Source of the DNA: a virus
Lineage: Duplodnaviria > Caudoviricetes
Length of the DNA stretch: 35,331 bases
Virus record (IMG/VR): IMGVR_UViG_3300036805_000138
Coordinates: 1-35,331 of that record
Strand: one strand, 5' to 3'
The notes beneath the pieces are model-generated. The model was given only the letters and a program-made list of their open reading frames with translations, ran no database searches and had not been told where the DNA came from. Numbering within the stretch: position 1 is the first letter of the stretch; each line of letters starts with the position of its first letter. Shown piece after piece: positions 26,208 to 34,905 of the stretch. The position numbers and the translations under genes were made by a program.

Positions 26208-27626
26208 TTACGAAACACCTACCAGCGCGTCAGCAGGAGTGCCTTGCAATGCAAGCACCGCTGACCATGTTGCATTAGCCGCTAGCTCAGTGCTCCAGTC
26301 AGTGTAATTAGTGATCAAAGTTGCCCACGTGACTGTAGTGCCAACAATACTGAGATCCGGCATGCTAACCTCAGTCAATGGCACAGTAATCGTATTGCGA
26401 TGAGACAAATGTGCTGGCTTGACGTAGTTGTAGGTCCCGACTCCCGCATACATACTCTTCAGCGCTAAATTCACAGGCGTCTGCAGCAGCATGATGATGC
26501 CTAGTGACAGCACCAAATCTACTGCCGCTATCTCGACATCATCCTGTGTGAACAGCGAGATAGTGACAGTGCGCGGCGAGTGCAAATCAGTCGACGCAAT
26601 GGCAGTACGCTTGCCGACGATCGGAAAGAAGCCAAGACGTGTGGTGCGTTCCGTCTCCTCCCAACCGATCAGCATGACCGATCGGTTGAGGTAGGGAGCG
26701 CTAGGAAACTTCAGCCACACCAGACTCATCGCTGGGGTGATGCTCGCGCTCGTGCGGGTCACGTAATCGGCGTTGCGCAACGCCACCGCAGCACCGTAGC
26801 TGATGACAGAGGTTCCACCAGTCACTGTGAACACTCCCGAGCTGACTGCAGCCGGCGTGGTGAGCAGCTGGTAATCCCAGACCATGCCGGCGTCCAGGCC
26901 AGCGGTGCTCACTGGCTCACCGATCTCGGTAGCTCCTGAAATCGTGGCTACGCTCGTCCAGTCGTCGGCTTTCCAGCCGAGGTAGAGCACCGCAGTCCAC
27001 GTTGACTCAACACCGGCCATCGGTGGGTAGGTGATGTTCTGCGCACTCGGATTGAGCTGGTAAGCGGTTGCGGCCGGCGTGCGCTCACAGTTGCGGAAGC
27101 AAGCCATCTGAGCGATCACGTCGCTGCCAGACGTACCCGTGACACCACCTGTGACACTGACAGTCGGCGTAGATTCGCTGGTCAGAGCCCGTTTACCGAA
27201 CAGCCCGATGTTGTCGGTCTGCATCATGACAGTCCAGCCCGTGGGGCACACCACTGTGCCAGTGCCAGAGTTTCTGATGCTCGCCCAGATCACCAGTAGG
27301 TCACCTTCGGCGTAGCCCACTGGCACAGTCGGGGACACTGCGACACCGCTAGCGCTGACCGCGGTGCTCGACGCTACGAACGTCGGCAAGTTCAGGTCAA
27401 CTGCAGACACCCGGTAGTAGTTAACCACACCAGGGCTAAACTCGTAATCGATCAAGCTAGCTGCAGTGTTCACAATCGTCACTGCGCTGCCACCACGCAC
27501 CTGCGTCCAGTGGATCTGATCCGTTGAAACTTCAAACAGCGCTACGTCCGCTGTCGCAGGCAGCGAGGTCGCCGACAGCAAGACTCTTGCGGTGGTGTCG
27601 TCGTAAGACGTCGTTAATGTCGCCAT
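26208..27626 (-). CDS. distal-tail (Dit)-like protein with inserted beta domain
   Basis: First large gene after the TMP; W.QVRG, DYEF.PG...YYRV, VWLKFP..P.LN. Confidence 0.7.
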   Translation of the reverse strand: MATLTTSYDDTTARVLLSATSLPATADVALFEVSTDQIHWTQVRGGSAVTIVNTAASLIDYEFSPGVVNYYRVSAVDLNLPTFVASSTAVSASGVAVSPTVPVGYAEGDLLVIWASIRNSGTGTVVCPTGWTVMMQTDNIGLFGKRALTSESTPTVSVTGGVTGTSGSDVIAQMACFRNCERTPAATAYQLNPSAQNITYPPMAGVESTWTAVLYLGWKADDWTSVATISGATEIGEPVSTAGLDAGMVWDYQLLTTPAAVSSGVFTVTGGTSVISYGAAVALRNADYVTRTSASITPAMSLVWLKFPSAPYLNRSVMLIGWEETERTTRLGFFPIVGKRTAIASTDLHSPRTVTISLFTQDDVEIAAVDLVLSLGIIMLLQTPVNLALKSMYAGVGTYNYVKPAHLSHRNTITVPLTEVSMPDLSIVGTTVTWATLITNYTDWSTELAANATWSAVLALQGTPADALVGVS

Positions 27627-28375
27627 GTGTCTCGCATTCTTATGTCAAGACGTTTATGGCATTTTGCACAACGCGCTGTATAATGCGTCATATCTACACT
27701 ATAGATTAGCCCTGTTGAGGCATCAATTTTGTCATTAGAATCTGTGTGATCATAAGACCAATGCAATGCTCTATTACCACACTGTTCTGCGCACATATGC
27801 GCTGACGCTAGACCAAGACGTTTACGCATTCTATTATGCATAGCAATGTACGTAGCTGAATTTCCAAGCCATTTATAGTGTGCTTCGTCAGGTTGCCCAA
27901 ATGGTCCCGCAGTTCGATGTACATCACCATATTTGCGTAAACGCTCTAAATGCATTTGACAATAGCTACGTCCGTAATGAGATTTTCCACAGCCGTCAAT
28001 AGAACAAATGCCACGAGGTGCACGAAATTCTGCCGAGCCTACTGACCCAGTTACGAGCCAACGTGAGTAATGCCCTGAACACCACCCCCGAGAGTGCGCT
28101 TTACGTTCACATCCATCAAGAGAGCAAAATCCAGGAGATCGGTCTATTGGCTCAAACTTCCCAGCATTATGAAGATCAGTCCGCAACTTTTGATAATGCT
28201 TTGAGCAAACTTGACGCGCCAAAACATGACGCTCGCAACCATCAACAGAACAGACTCGGGTAGTCTTGATGACTAGCCCCCTTCCGGTGAGGTCGGACAG
28301 GTGGGTCAGGGCCTGGCCAGGAGCGTCAACTCCTGCTAGGCCCGTTTCACTATACAGGAGAGTCAGTGAGGCCAC
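27614..28375 (-). mobile_element. HNH-like endonuclease with three CSxDGC..C..H zinc repeats
   Basis: CSVDGC/CSLDGC/CSIDGC repeats; C-terminal C...CG..A.HWSYDH...RCAKCH; AT-rich. Confidence 0.7.
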
Positions 28376-28428
28376 GGAAAAATACTCCAGTCCTCTAGTT
28401 CACCCGTACGGAGTAACAGCTAGCTTTG

Positions 28429-28449
28429 CAGTGCAGCGTGTGGTAGTGT
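28429..28449 (+). promoter_or_regulatory. conserved antisense promoter, copy 2
   Basis: CAGTGCAGCGTGTGG-TAGTGT, ATG 7 nt downstream. Confidence 0.7.
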
Positions 28450-28456
28450 CTAGTCT

Positions 28457-28693
28457 ATGATTGAAATTCCTATTCGACAACAATTGTTACAACAACTAGT
28501 TAACTATCTCATGTGTTTAAAGCCACAACCTAAGTCCATATGGGTCGTTATGGACTATAAAGATTACAACCCATTCACCGGCCATATCTGCTACACAAAA
28601 CAATATGCTCAATACTTTGCTGATAAATTAAAACTCAAAGATCCAGCATACGCAACACTTATTGGCGTAGAAGAATGGGAGATTGAAAGTTAA
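28457..28693 (+). CDS. hypothetical AT-rich protein, leaderless
   Basis: Begins 7 nt after the -10 element. Confidence 0.7.
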   Translation: MIEIPIRQQLLQQLVNYLMCLKPQPKSIWVVMDYKDYNPFTGHICYTKQYAQYFADKLKLKDPAYATLIGVEEWEIES

Positions 28694-28715
28694 GTACCGC
28701 TAAGAAAGGACCAAA

Positions 28716-28880
28716 ATGACTGAGCACGAAGCTTACGAGCGAGCCAAGGAGCAAGCAAAGTCGCATGACACATCTCGATGTGGAGGAGCATGGAGGGCGC
28801 ACACAGATCCTGATGAACGTCGAGCATGCATTGCTAAAGAAGATATGCGTCCTCGTTGGTATCAGAGAAAGCAAGCATAA
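28716..28880 (+). CDS. 54-aa hypothetical protein (MTEHEAYERA...)
   Basis: SD GAAAGGA; TAATG overlap with the next gene. Confidence 0.6.
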   Translation: MTEHEAYERAKEQAKSHDTSRCGGAWRAHTDPDERRACIAKEDMRPRWYQRKQA

Positions 28881-29191
28881 TGAGACGAGATCAACCCAAC
28901 GTTAGTGATACTGAAGCCATGCAGCAAGCTTGCCCAATGTGTCACCAACCCAGTGGATCGCCATGTGTCTACGTACGTCCAGCAATGCATGACTCACGTA
29001 GTAGATCTGCAGACGTGCAGCGTAGATTAAGTAGAGTTGGCACACCGACGAATATCGTACATCATGATCGTCGTAGAGTAATTATAGAAGCGCGTAGTCG
29101 CGAGTTCGATACTCAACTCAATAAAGAACGTGAAGAAAGTAAACAACGACAATCGTGGGTATCTGCGCTGTCTGCCATAATTAATAGCTAA
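28880..29191 (+). CDS. zinc-finger protein (CPMC..PSG.PC...H..R)
   Basis: Phage Zn-binding motif; coupled start. Confidence 0.6.
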   Translation: MRRDQPNVSDTEAMQQACPMCHQPSGSPCVYVRPAMHDSRSRSADVQRRLSRVGTPTNIVHHDRRRVIIEARSREFDTQLNKEREESKQRQSWVSALSAIINS

Positions 29192-29341
29192 ACGAAGTGC
29201 AACGCAGCTAGCCGGATCATGCTCACGCTGATCAACTGGCTGGTGCAGCTCGTGGCACACCGCACCACAGTCACACAACGTGGAGCACTGCCGCGTAACC
29301 TCCCAGTGCTGGTGTCGGCGTGCGCGGCGGTGCTGAGGCAT
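29027..29341 (-). CDS. Cys/His-rich hypothetical protein
   Basis: C...CDCG.VCHE.H; TGATG-coupled to a 36-aa ORF at 29341..29451. Confidence 0.35.
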   Translation of the reverse strand: MPQHRRARRHQHWEVTRQCSTLCDCGAVCHELHQPVDQREHDPASCVALRLAINYGRQRRYPRLSLFTFFTFFIELSIELATTRFYNYSTTIMMYDIRRCANST

Positions 29342-29447
29342 CAGTCGCCACTATGAAGGAGCCAACACGGCGGGTGCGCGCACCCAACCGTGCTAGCTTG
29401 ATCCCTCATCGTTTTGATGTATGGCAGAGACTCGACCAACTGCCCGA

Positions 29448-30632
29448 TCATACGATAGACCCGCGGCCCATGCGCGCGGCGACCGCGACACCTTGAGTCA
29501 TCATGCTGATCTGGCTGGTGACCATGTTCTGCAGCTCCGTCTCTCCGATCTTTACGGTGACCTGATGGAAGTGGTTGCCGCCCATGACAGCGTTCGGTGT
29601 GATGAAGCCACTGCCACCCATGCGCAAGATCTCGGGACCATGCTCACCTACCAGATAGCTTCGGCCACCCATCACCGGGCCGCCAGCAGCTTTGCCACCA
29701 CCGAACAGTGATGAGAAGAAACCGCTGATGCCATGGATAATGCCGCTGAAGAACCCACCAATGCCGCCACTGCTGCTAGTCGTTCCGCCAGTAGCTCCTG
29801 CAACACTACCGATCGCACCAGCACTGCTCGTGATGCCACTGAGGCCGGCAAGAATAGGGGCTATGAAGTTCATGATGCTGCCGAGCCAGCCCATCAGTAT
29901 CTGCAACAAAGGCAACAAACTGATCAGGATATTGGCAAAACTGGTAAACAGTGAAATCATAGTCGGCAGCATGGACTCAATGATCGGCAGAATCCTTGCG
30001 CCCATACCAGAAAACGCAGTCATCCAGTTCTGTATCGCTGCTATCACCTGTGGCTGCAGCAAGAACTGAACCAACTTCTCACGCAAGTCACCTAGTGAAG
30101 TAGCGATGCCGCCCAAACCAGTACCAAGAATAGGAAAGTATACTTGCGCTAACTGAGTAACATCACCTGAGAAACCAGCCCAGAAACCTTGCTGAATGAT
30201 GCCGTACAAATTCTTTAGCTGCGGTTCGAGCAATCGCACCGACATAACAGCATCTTTCATGGCGGGTGCCATATTGCGTGTTGCCGCGACAAACTCTGCC
30301 GGTGATGCCGCACTAATGGCGGTCGAGAAATTAGCCATCGCCATCTGTGCAATATTGATCGGGTTTACTAATGCCAACAAGAAACCAGGAATAATAAGAA
30401 ATATCTTAGCTATCTTGCCCAGCGCATTGAACACGCCATTGACCAACGGCTTGATATTGCCGGTTAGCGCAGCTCCGAACATCTTACCAACATTAACAAC
30501 TGCGTCGCCCATTTTGCCGAGAATCGCAGTTGCTTGTTTCGTTGACGCAATAAGATTGCTAACAGATCCCTTGAAGTTGATAAAGACAGTGCGCTGAGTT
30601 GCCATCGCACCGCTAGCAGAGGCAGCGGTCAC
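29448..30632 (-). CDS. tape measure protein (short, 394 aa)
   Basis: Amphipathic helical repeats; C-terminal AAGGPV.GGRSYLVGEHGPEI; SD AGGAGG; downstream of the tail chaperones. Confidence 0.8.
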   Translation of the reverse strand: MTAASASGAMATQRTVFINFKGSVSNLIASTKQATAILGKMGDAVVNVGKMFGAALTGNIKPLVNGVFNALGKIAKIFLIIPGFLLALVNPINIAQMAMANFSTAISAASPAEFVAATRNMAPAMKDAVMSVRLLEPQLKNLYGIIQQGFWAGFSGDVTQLAQVYFPILGTGLGGIATSLGDLREKLVQFLLQPQVIAAIQNWMTAFSGMGARILPIIESMLPTMISLFTSFANILISLLPLLQILMGWLGSIMNFIAPILAGLSGITSSAGAIGSVAGATGGTTSSSGGIGGFFSGIIHGISGFFSSLFGGGKAAGGPVMGGRSYLVGEHGPEILRMGGSGFITPNAVMGGNHFHQVTVKIGETELQNMVTSQISMMTQGVAVAARMGRGSIV

Positions 30633-30647
30633 TTACTGCGCCTCCTT

Positions 30648-31568
30648 TTAGCCTGAGTAAAGTTTAGCCATAAATGACGGATGCGCACTGTACAAATCGC
30701 CTGGCTGTACCAAGTTCGATCCTGCTGCTTCATCGTAGCCACGTGACTCAGGACCTGAGTCCGGCATATATGCAGTGTTGCTTAGCGGATCGGCACCAAG
30801 TTGGCCAAAGCGGTTACCGACATCATTAAGGCCACTAGCGTTATCTTGAGCAACTGTCGTCCACCCGCCTAAGTTACTCCATTGCATGCCACTGTCACCA
30901 GCTAACTCATCTTGCCCGAGTGTGCTCACGCCACCAATATCAGACCACACCGAATCATCAAACTTATTGCCGTAATCTTGCTCTTGCTGAGATGGAAAAT
31001 CAGATGGCTTAGTCAAAGCATCGCCAGTGTCGGTGCTGCTATCTTTATGACTCCAACCAGACAATGATTTATCCATCGCCTGTTGAGTAGCCTGCTGCGC
31101 GGGGTCATCAGACATAGGCGAGCCACCCATAGCCATTGATGTACTCTGGCTCCAAGGACTGAAAGACGCAGGAAACCCACTAGTCGATGACGAACTAGCA
31201 CCATAAGAAGGGAGCATATTCTGCGTATTGTCATCAATAGGTGGCGCACCCGATGGCATATTAGCTTCAGGTGGTGCATTATCCGATATCGCTGATTTCA
31301 TGTTATTAAGCATATCTCCAGGCAGCGAATTATTAGCCCCAAACATGCCTGACAAACTATTAGGATCCAAGTTAGTGCTGTACGAGTCAGAGTAAGTGTT
31401 AGCGCCTTCGATTGGCTGCTCTGGCCCCACTGTGGCGCCGGCAACACCTGTGTTCAGCCCTGCATCACCAGGATCAGGTGAGTCGAACTGATAAGCTTGA
31501 CTATCTGATGCAGCTTCTGAACCTCCGAAAGCATCCCCAGTGTCCGCGTCACCAATCGGATCGCTCAT
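30648..31568 (-). CDS. acidic Ser/Asp/Gly-rich disordered protein of unknown function
   Basis: 306-aa ORF ATGA-coupled to the chaperone extension. Confidence 0.7.
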   Translation of the reverse strand: MSDPIGDADTGDAFGGSEAASDSQAYQFDSPDPGDAGLNTGVAGATVGPEQPIEGANTYSDSYSTNLDPNSLSGMFGANNSLPGDMLNNMKSAISDNAPPEANMPSGAPPIDDNTQNMLPSYGASSSSTSGFPASFSPWSQSTSMAMGGSPMSDDPAQQATQQAMDKSLSGWSHKDSSTDTGDALTKPSDFPSQQEQDYGNKFDDSVWSDIGGVSTLGQDELAGDSGMQWSNLGGWTTVAQDNASGLNDVGNRFGQLGADPLSNTAYMPDSGPESRGYDEAAGSNLVQPGDLYSAHPSFMAKLYSG

Positions 31569-31735
31569 CCGCTCATCTGCCTACCTTCGGGATCTTCCTT
31601 TTCACTCTGTTTATTCAGTATCTCAACAGCGGTCACAATGGTTCGCCAATCTTGATCAAACCAGTCACTAGGTGAGCCACCCGATGCCAATGCAATAGAG
31701 ATGATAAGCCGAGTCACCGACCCGGCTGGGTAGGG
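31565..31735 (-). CDS. tail assembly chaperone -1 frameshift extension (gpT-like)
   Basis: -1 frame PYPAGSVTRLIISIALASGGSPSDWFDQDWRTIVTAVEIL...; stop overlaps the next ATG. Confidence 0.7.
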   Translation of the reverse strand, partial: PYPAGSVTRLIISIALASGGSPSDWFDQDWRTIVTAVEILNKQSEKEDPEGRQMSG

Positions 31736-31986
31736 GTTGTATCAGCACCATTGACGTCGAGGTCAAGGTCTACTGAAGTCTCCCACTCAGCCAGCGTGCC
31801 TACAAACTTGCCTTGCCGCCGTGCGGCAATGTGGCTCACCGAGTACATATCAGACATTCTCGGATCAGCTTCGAGGCGAGCCATGTTGTTATTGCGATCT
31901 ATTTTCTCCCAGACCACGATGTCGCGACTACCCACTATAAGATCGTAAGACTCGCCATTGTCCGGATTGATCCGTATCGTCATCAT
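31714..31986 (-). CDS. tail assembly chaperone (gpG-like)
   Basis: Position after the tail genes; RDIVVWE; ends with TTPTQPGR. Confidence 0.7.
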   Translation of the reverse strand: MMTIRINPDNGESYDLIVGSRDIVVWEKIDRNNNMARLEADPRMSDMYSVSHIAARRQGKFVGTLAEWETSVDLDLDVNGADTTPTQPGR

Positions 31987-32507
31987 CAGACGCTGGCGCC
32001 GATCACTGTTATTTCATAAGAGACTGGCGTCGTACCTGCTGAGTTGGCGATCTGCAGTAAGTCAGTCGAGCTAGCGGTTATTGGGTAGGCCGTAGCATCG
32101 GCGGTCCCGGCTATCCACATTGCGGTAGCACCTGGTCGCAGAATCGTGGTGTGCGTCGTCGCGCCGAACAGGCCGGTCATGGTGGTCGTGCCACCACCAA
32201 CGACCACGTTGTTAGTGTTGGCTGCCGCGGCTGAGACAATCAGGGCCTTGATCCGGGCGAAGGTCAGCGTCGCGCCCGAGCTAGGATCAGCCAGCGCGCC
32301 GGCAAAGTCGATGTTCTCCGTCGCACTGGCCGTCAGTGTGCGGAACGACCACCACGCGGTGTCAGCCGCGCCAGCGACCGTGCCACTGATCAGCGATGCA
32401 CCGTAGGACTTCGACCAGTTAGCGCTGACTGTGGAGCCGGTGATCGGGTTGCTGGCGATCGTCGCTGATACCGACAGGCTGATCACTGTGGAGAGTGCCA
32501 CAGACAC
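31986..32507 (-). CDS. tail-associated structural protein
   Basis: RTL.ASATENID.AG.L.DP.G.TLTFARIKAL, DLLQIANS; SD GGGAGG. Confidence 0.7.
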   Translation of the reverse strand: MSVALSTVISLSVSATIASNPITGSTVSANWSKSYGASLISGTVAGAADTAWWSFRTLTASATENIDFAGALADPSSGATLTFARIKALIVSAAAANTNNVVVGGGTTTMTGLFGATTHTTILRPGATAMWIAGTADATAYPITASSTDLLQIANSAGTTPVSYEITVIGASV

Positions 32508-32517
32508 CTCCCTTGTG

Positions 32518-32542
32518 TTGACAGTGCAGCGTGTGGTAGTAT
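32518..32542 (+). promoter_or_regulatory. conserved antisense promoter, copy 3
   Basis: TTGACAGTGCAGCGTGTGG-TAGTAT, ATG (32550) 7 nt downstream. Confidence 0.75.
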
Positions 32543-32549
32543 GTTAGCT

Positions 32550-32744
32550 ATGAGAAAATTTGAGTTCAATGTACGACGTGATTCTGGTGCCCATCCATCT
32601 TTACCCACAGAGACAATCACAGTCGAAGATGCGTCGCTACTGCAAGCACGATATCGTGCCAGTGTTGAATACGCTGCAAACAATAAAATAGACCCTACAT
32701 CGCCAGATATTAAAATGGAACTAATATCTTACACTTCGGATTAA
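32550..32744 (+). CDS. 64-aa hypothetical protein, leaderless
   Basis: Start revised from 32541; stop overlaps the major tail stop (TTAA). Confidence 0.65.
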   Translation: MRKFEFNVRRDSGAHPSLPTETITVEDASLLQARYRASVEYAANNKIDPTSPDIKMELISYTSD

Positions 32745-33205
32745 CCAACCCGAGTGAACGTCGGCACACCAAGAATAAGCATGGTGATTGATGTTTCCTC
32801 AATGGTGCGCAAGTCACCACCCACAGTTGGCGCCTTAATCACACAAGTTCCTGACCATCGTACGTGCTCACCGACGACATCAGGCATATGATCGAGCACG
32901 AAAGCAGCATACGCGCGGCTGTTGTTCCATAGATAATCAGAGATCCCACCAGCTCGCCAGTCAGCAAAGAACTTCACCTGCAAAGCGTAATCGTTATCAG
33001 TTTCAGTCCTGAATTCGCTAAGGTTCCCTCCGTAACTCCAGGTCTTAGTCCCGTCTACCGTGTTATTAAGAATGCTCCAGTTATTCAGCTGCATTGATTG
33101 GTCCACTCCATTAAGAGTGAACACAACAATTTTTAACCGTCTGGTGTGAACTAATAACCCACTGGGCGCAGTGATCGGACCACCATAGTAGATTGGGGCA
33201 GTCAT
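32741..33205 (-). CDS. major tail protein
   Basis: Position after the tail terminator; W.G.....AP.VGG...T.E...I.M...G.P.F. Confidence 0.7.
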   Translation of the reverse strand: MTAPIYYGGPITAPSGLLVHTRRLKIVVFTLNGVDQSMQLNNWSILNNTVDGTKTWSYGGNLSEFRTETDNDYALQVKFFADWRAGGISDYLWNNSRAYAAFVLDHMPDVVGEHVRWSGTCVIKAPTVGGDLRTIEETSITMLILGVPTFTRVG

Positions 33206-33217
33206 TTGCGCCTCCAG

Positions 33218-33246
33218 TTGACTGACAGTGCAGTGTGTGGTATTAT
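33218..33246 (+). promoter_or_regulatory. conserved antisense promoter, copy 4
   Basis: TTGACT-17 nt-TATTAT containing CAGTGCAGTGTGTGGTA; ATG 7 nt downstream. Confidence 0.8.
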
Positions 33247-33253
33247 CTAACTC

Positions 33254-33484
33254 ATGCCATGGAGAGATGAACTACTCAAATTAGCAAATCGTTACTATGA
33301 TGAAGCGCATGTTTTAGAAAAACGAGCTGTAGAACGAGAAGTTAATGATGCTCGATCTACCAGCGCTACAGTGATGTGGGCGCAAGCAGACTGTTACCAC
33401 GAAATCTACAGCGAGCTATGCTCACTAGTTTCTCGCCTTGATCCACGTCCTGGCGCGCCAGAAGGTCCTGCTAAGCCTTGGTAA
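33254..33484 (+). CDS. 76-aa helical hypothetical protein, leaderless
   Basis: Exactly fills the gap between two structural genes. Confidence 0.7.
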   Translation: MPWRDELLKLANRYYDEAHVLEKRAVEREVNDARSTSATVMWAQADCYHEIYSELCSLVSRLDPRPGAPEGPAKPW

Positions 33485-33486
33485 AA

Positions 33487-33873
33487 TTACCTAGTGTTTA
33501 GCTCCATTTGACAAACAGTGATATAACACGGCAGCGGACCGCTAGGACTCGGATACGTGCCTGGCCCTGACGACAGCACAACCCCTGGCGTATAACGCTC
33601 CACAGCCTCAGTAATCGCCCCTACCAGAGTCAGCAGCTGGTCAAGCGCATACTGTGACACGCCAGTCACCAGATACAGGCTCCACTGCACTGTGAGCGGC
33701 TGGCCGCCCACACTGGCCTCCCCGACGTAACCCAACCGCGGTGGCCCGACTACCACTGCCGGTGGGCTGATCGGGGTAGCGATGTTAGTACTGATCCGGA
33801 TGCCAGGGATAATGATCAACGCAGCAGCGAGCCGTTGAGTAGCGTCAGCGATCGGTGTCAGCGCAGCAGTCAT
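33487..33873 (-). CDS. tail terminator-like protein
   Basis: L..IPGIR......ISPPAVVVGPP...LPCY; SD GGAGG. Confidence 0.7.
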   Translation of the reverse strand: MTAALTPIADATQRLAAALIIIPGIRISTNIATPISPPAVVVGPPRLGYVGEASVGGQPLTVQWSLYLVTGVSQYALDQLLTLVGAITEAVERYTPGVVLSSGPGTYPSPSGPLPCYITVCQMELNTR

Positions 33874-33898
33874 CTGGCGCCTCCGATATCATCCTAAG

Positions 33899-34132
33899 AT
33901 GAAAAACGCATGCCATGCGAAATACGGACATAAGATAGTGCATATACAAAGTGGCTGTCATACTTACCCATGGCCGCTGTACAATAGCTACGGAAGATAC
34001 ATAAACAGCCATCGAGATGTTATTACTTGTTGGATTTGCCTACGCAGTGAAGCGGGCGTAATCGTACGAAATCCCGCTAGAAAACTTGCTGAATTAGGTC
34101 AATTTTTAAGCGAGGCCGCCCATGATCCCTAG
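33899..34132 (+). CDS. 77-aa hypothetical protein (VH...C...ITCWIC), probably leaderless
   Basis: TATCAT 6 nt before the ATG; AT-rich. Confidence 0.55.
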   Translation: MKNACHAKYGHKIVHIQSGCHTYPWPLYNSYGRYINSHRDVITCWICLRSEAGVIVRNPARKLAELGQFLSEAAHDP

Positions 34133-34438
34133 CTGCATATAGATGTCGGGATCGACGCGCATCACCATGCCGCTGCCAACGTCTCCTAGCCCCACCAAGC
34201 CGTCCGGCGAGATCCGGCGCACGAACCACCGGGCAGCGAGCCGGATAGTGCCGAGCTGCACATCCAACGGCACCGTCCAGCTTCCGTGATAGTCCAGATC
34301 TGGCCGGTGGGCCTGGACCCAGACCATCGCTGAGTCCAGGGTCCGCTGCAGTGCTTCGTCATCATGCGGGGTCAGCGCGTTGTCCAGCGTTTGGTCATTC
34401 TTCAGTGCTTCCAACGTCACCCACTGAACCTGAGCCAT
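34106..34438 (-). CDS. head-tail connector/adaptor
   Basis: VPLDVQLGTIRLAARWF.RR.SPDG...DPDI. Confidence 0.8.
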   Translation of the reverse strand: MAQVQWVTLEALKNDQTLDNALTPHDDEALQRTLDSAMVWVQAHRPDLDYHGSWTVPLDVQLGTIRLAARWFVRRISPDGLVGLGDVGSGMVMRVDPDIYMQLGIMGGLA

Positions 34439-34905
34439 CAGCGCTTAGACGTATCTGTCTTCGGTGGTGTCGATGTCGAGTACCGCGGTGTACTGGTCGT
34501 ACCGCCAGCATCTTTTGCTGCTGGTGCGTCGGTCCTGACTGCCTTGCTCTCGCGAGTCTGCCGGCCGCGTGGTGTCTTGCCGTCATCCTCAGTGGTCTCA
34601 TCATCTGCTTCAGGATCGCCCTCGAAACCGAGTGCAGTCAGGTTCTTTCGAGCTGCCTTCACCCGCTCGTTATTGCCCTGCCGTGTGGCGTTACGGTGCT
34701 CAGAGAGAGCCTGGCGGATCTGGCCGGCGCGCTGGTAGTCAGAGCCCAGCTCCTGAGCCTTCCGGATACCAGGGTCACTCTCCGGGTCAGCGTCACTGAG
34801 ATCAGCTCCTGGTGCTGGGATGTCGGTCACCGCTTCCGAGCCCGCAGTCTCCGGATCTGGCAAGACATACTTCTCTGGTCCTGTGTCAGTGTCGTCGTCA
34901 GCCAC
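34438..34905 (-). CDS. acidic low-complexity head-associated protein
   Basis: GTG overlapping the upstream stop; TGATG-coupled to the connector. Confidence 0.6.
   Translation of the reverse strand: MADDDTDTGPEKYVLPDPETAGSEAVTDIPAPGADLSDADPESDPGIRKAQELGSDYQRAGQIRQALSEHRNATRQGNNERVKAARKNLTALGFEGDPEADDETTEDDGKTPRGRQTRESKAVRTDAPAAKDAGGTTSTPRYSTSTPPKTDTSKR

Noticed and set aside
29448-33205. Gene transfer agent interpretation from the short TMP
   Set aside because: Homing endonucleases, morons and an accessory arm fit a genuine phage better; packaging genes are outside the window
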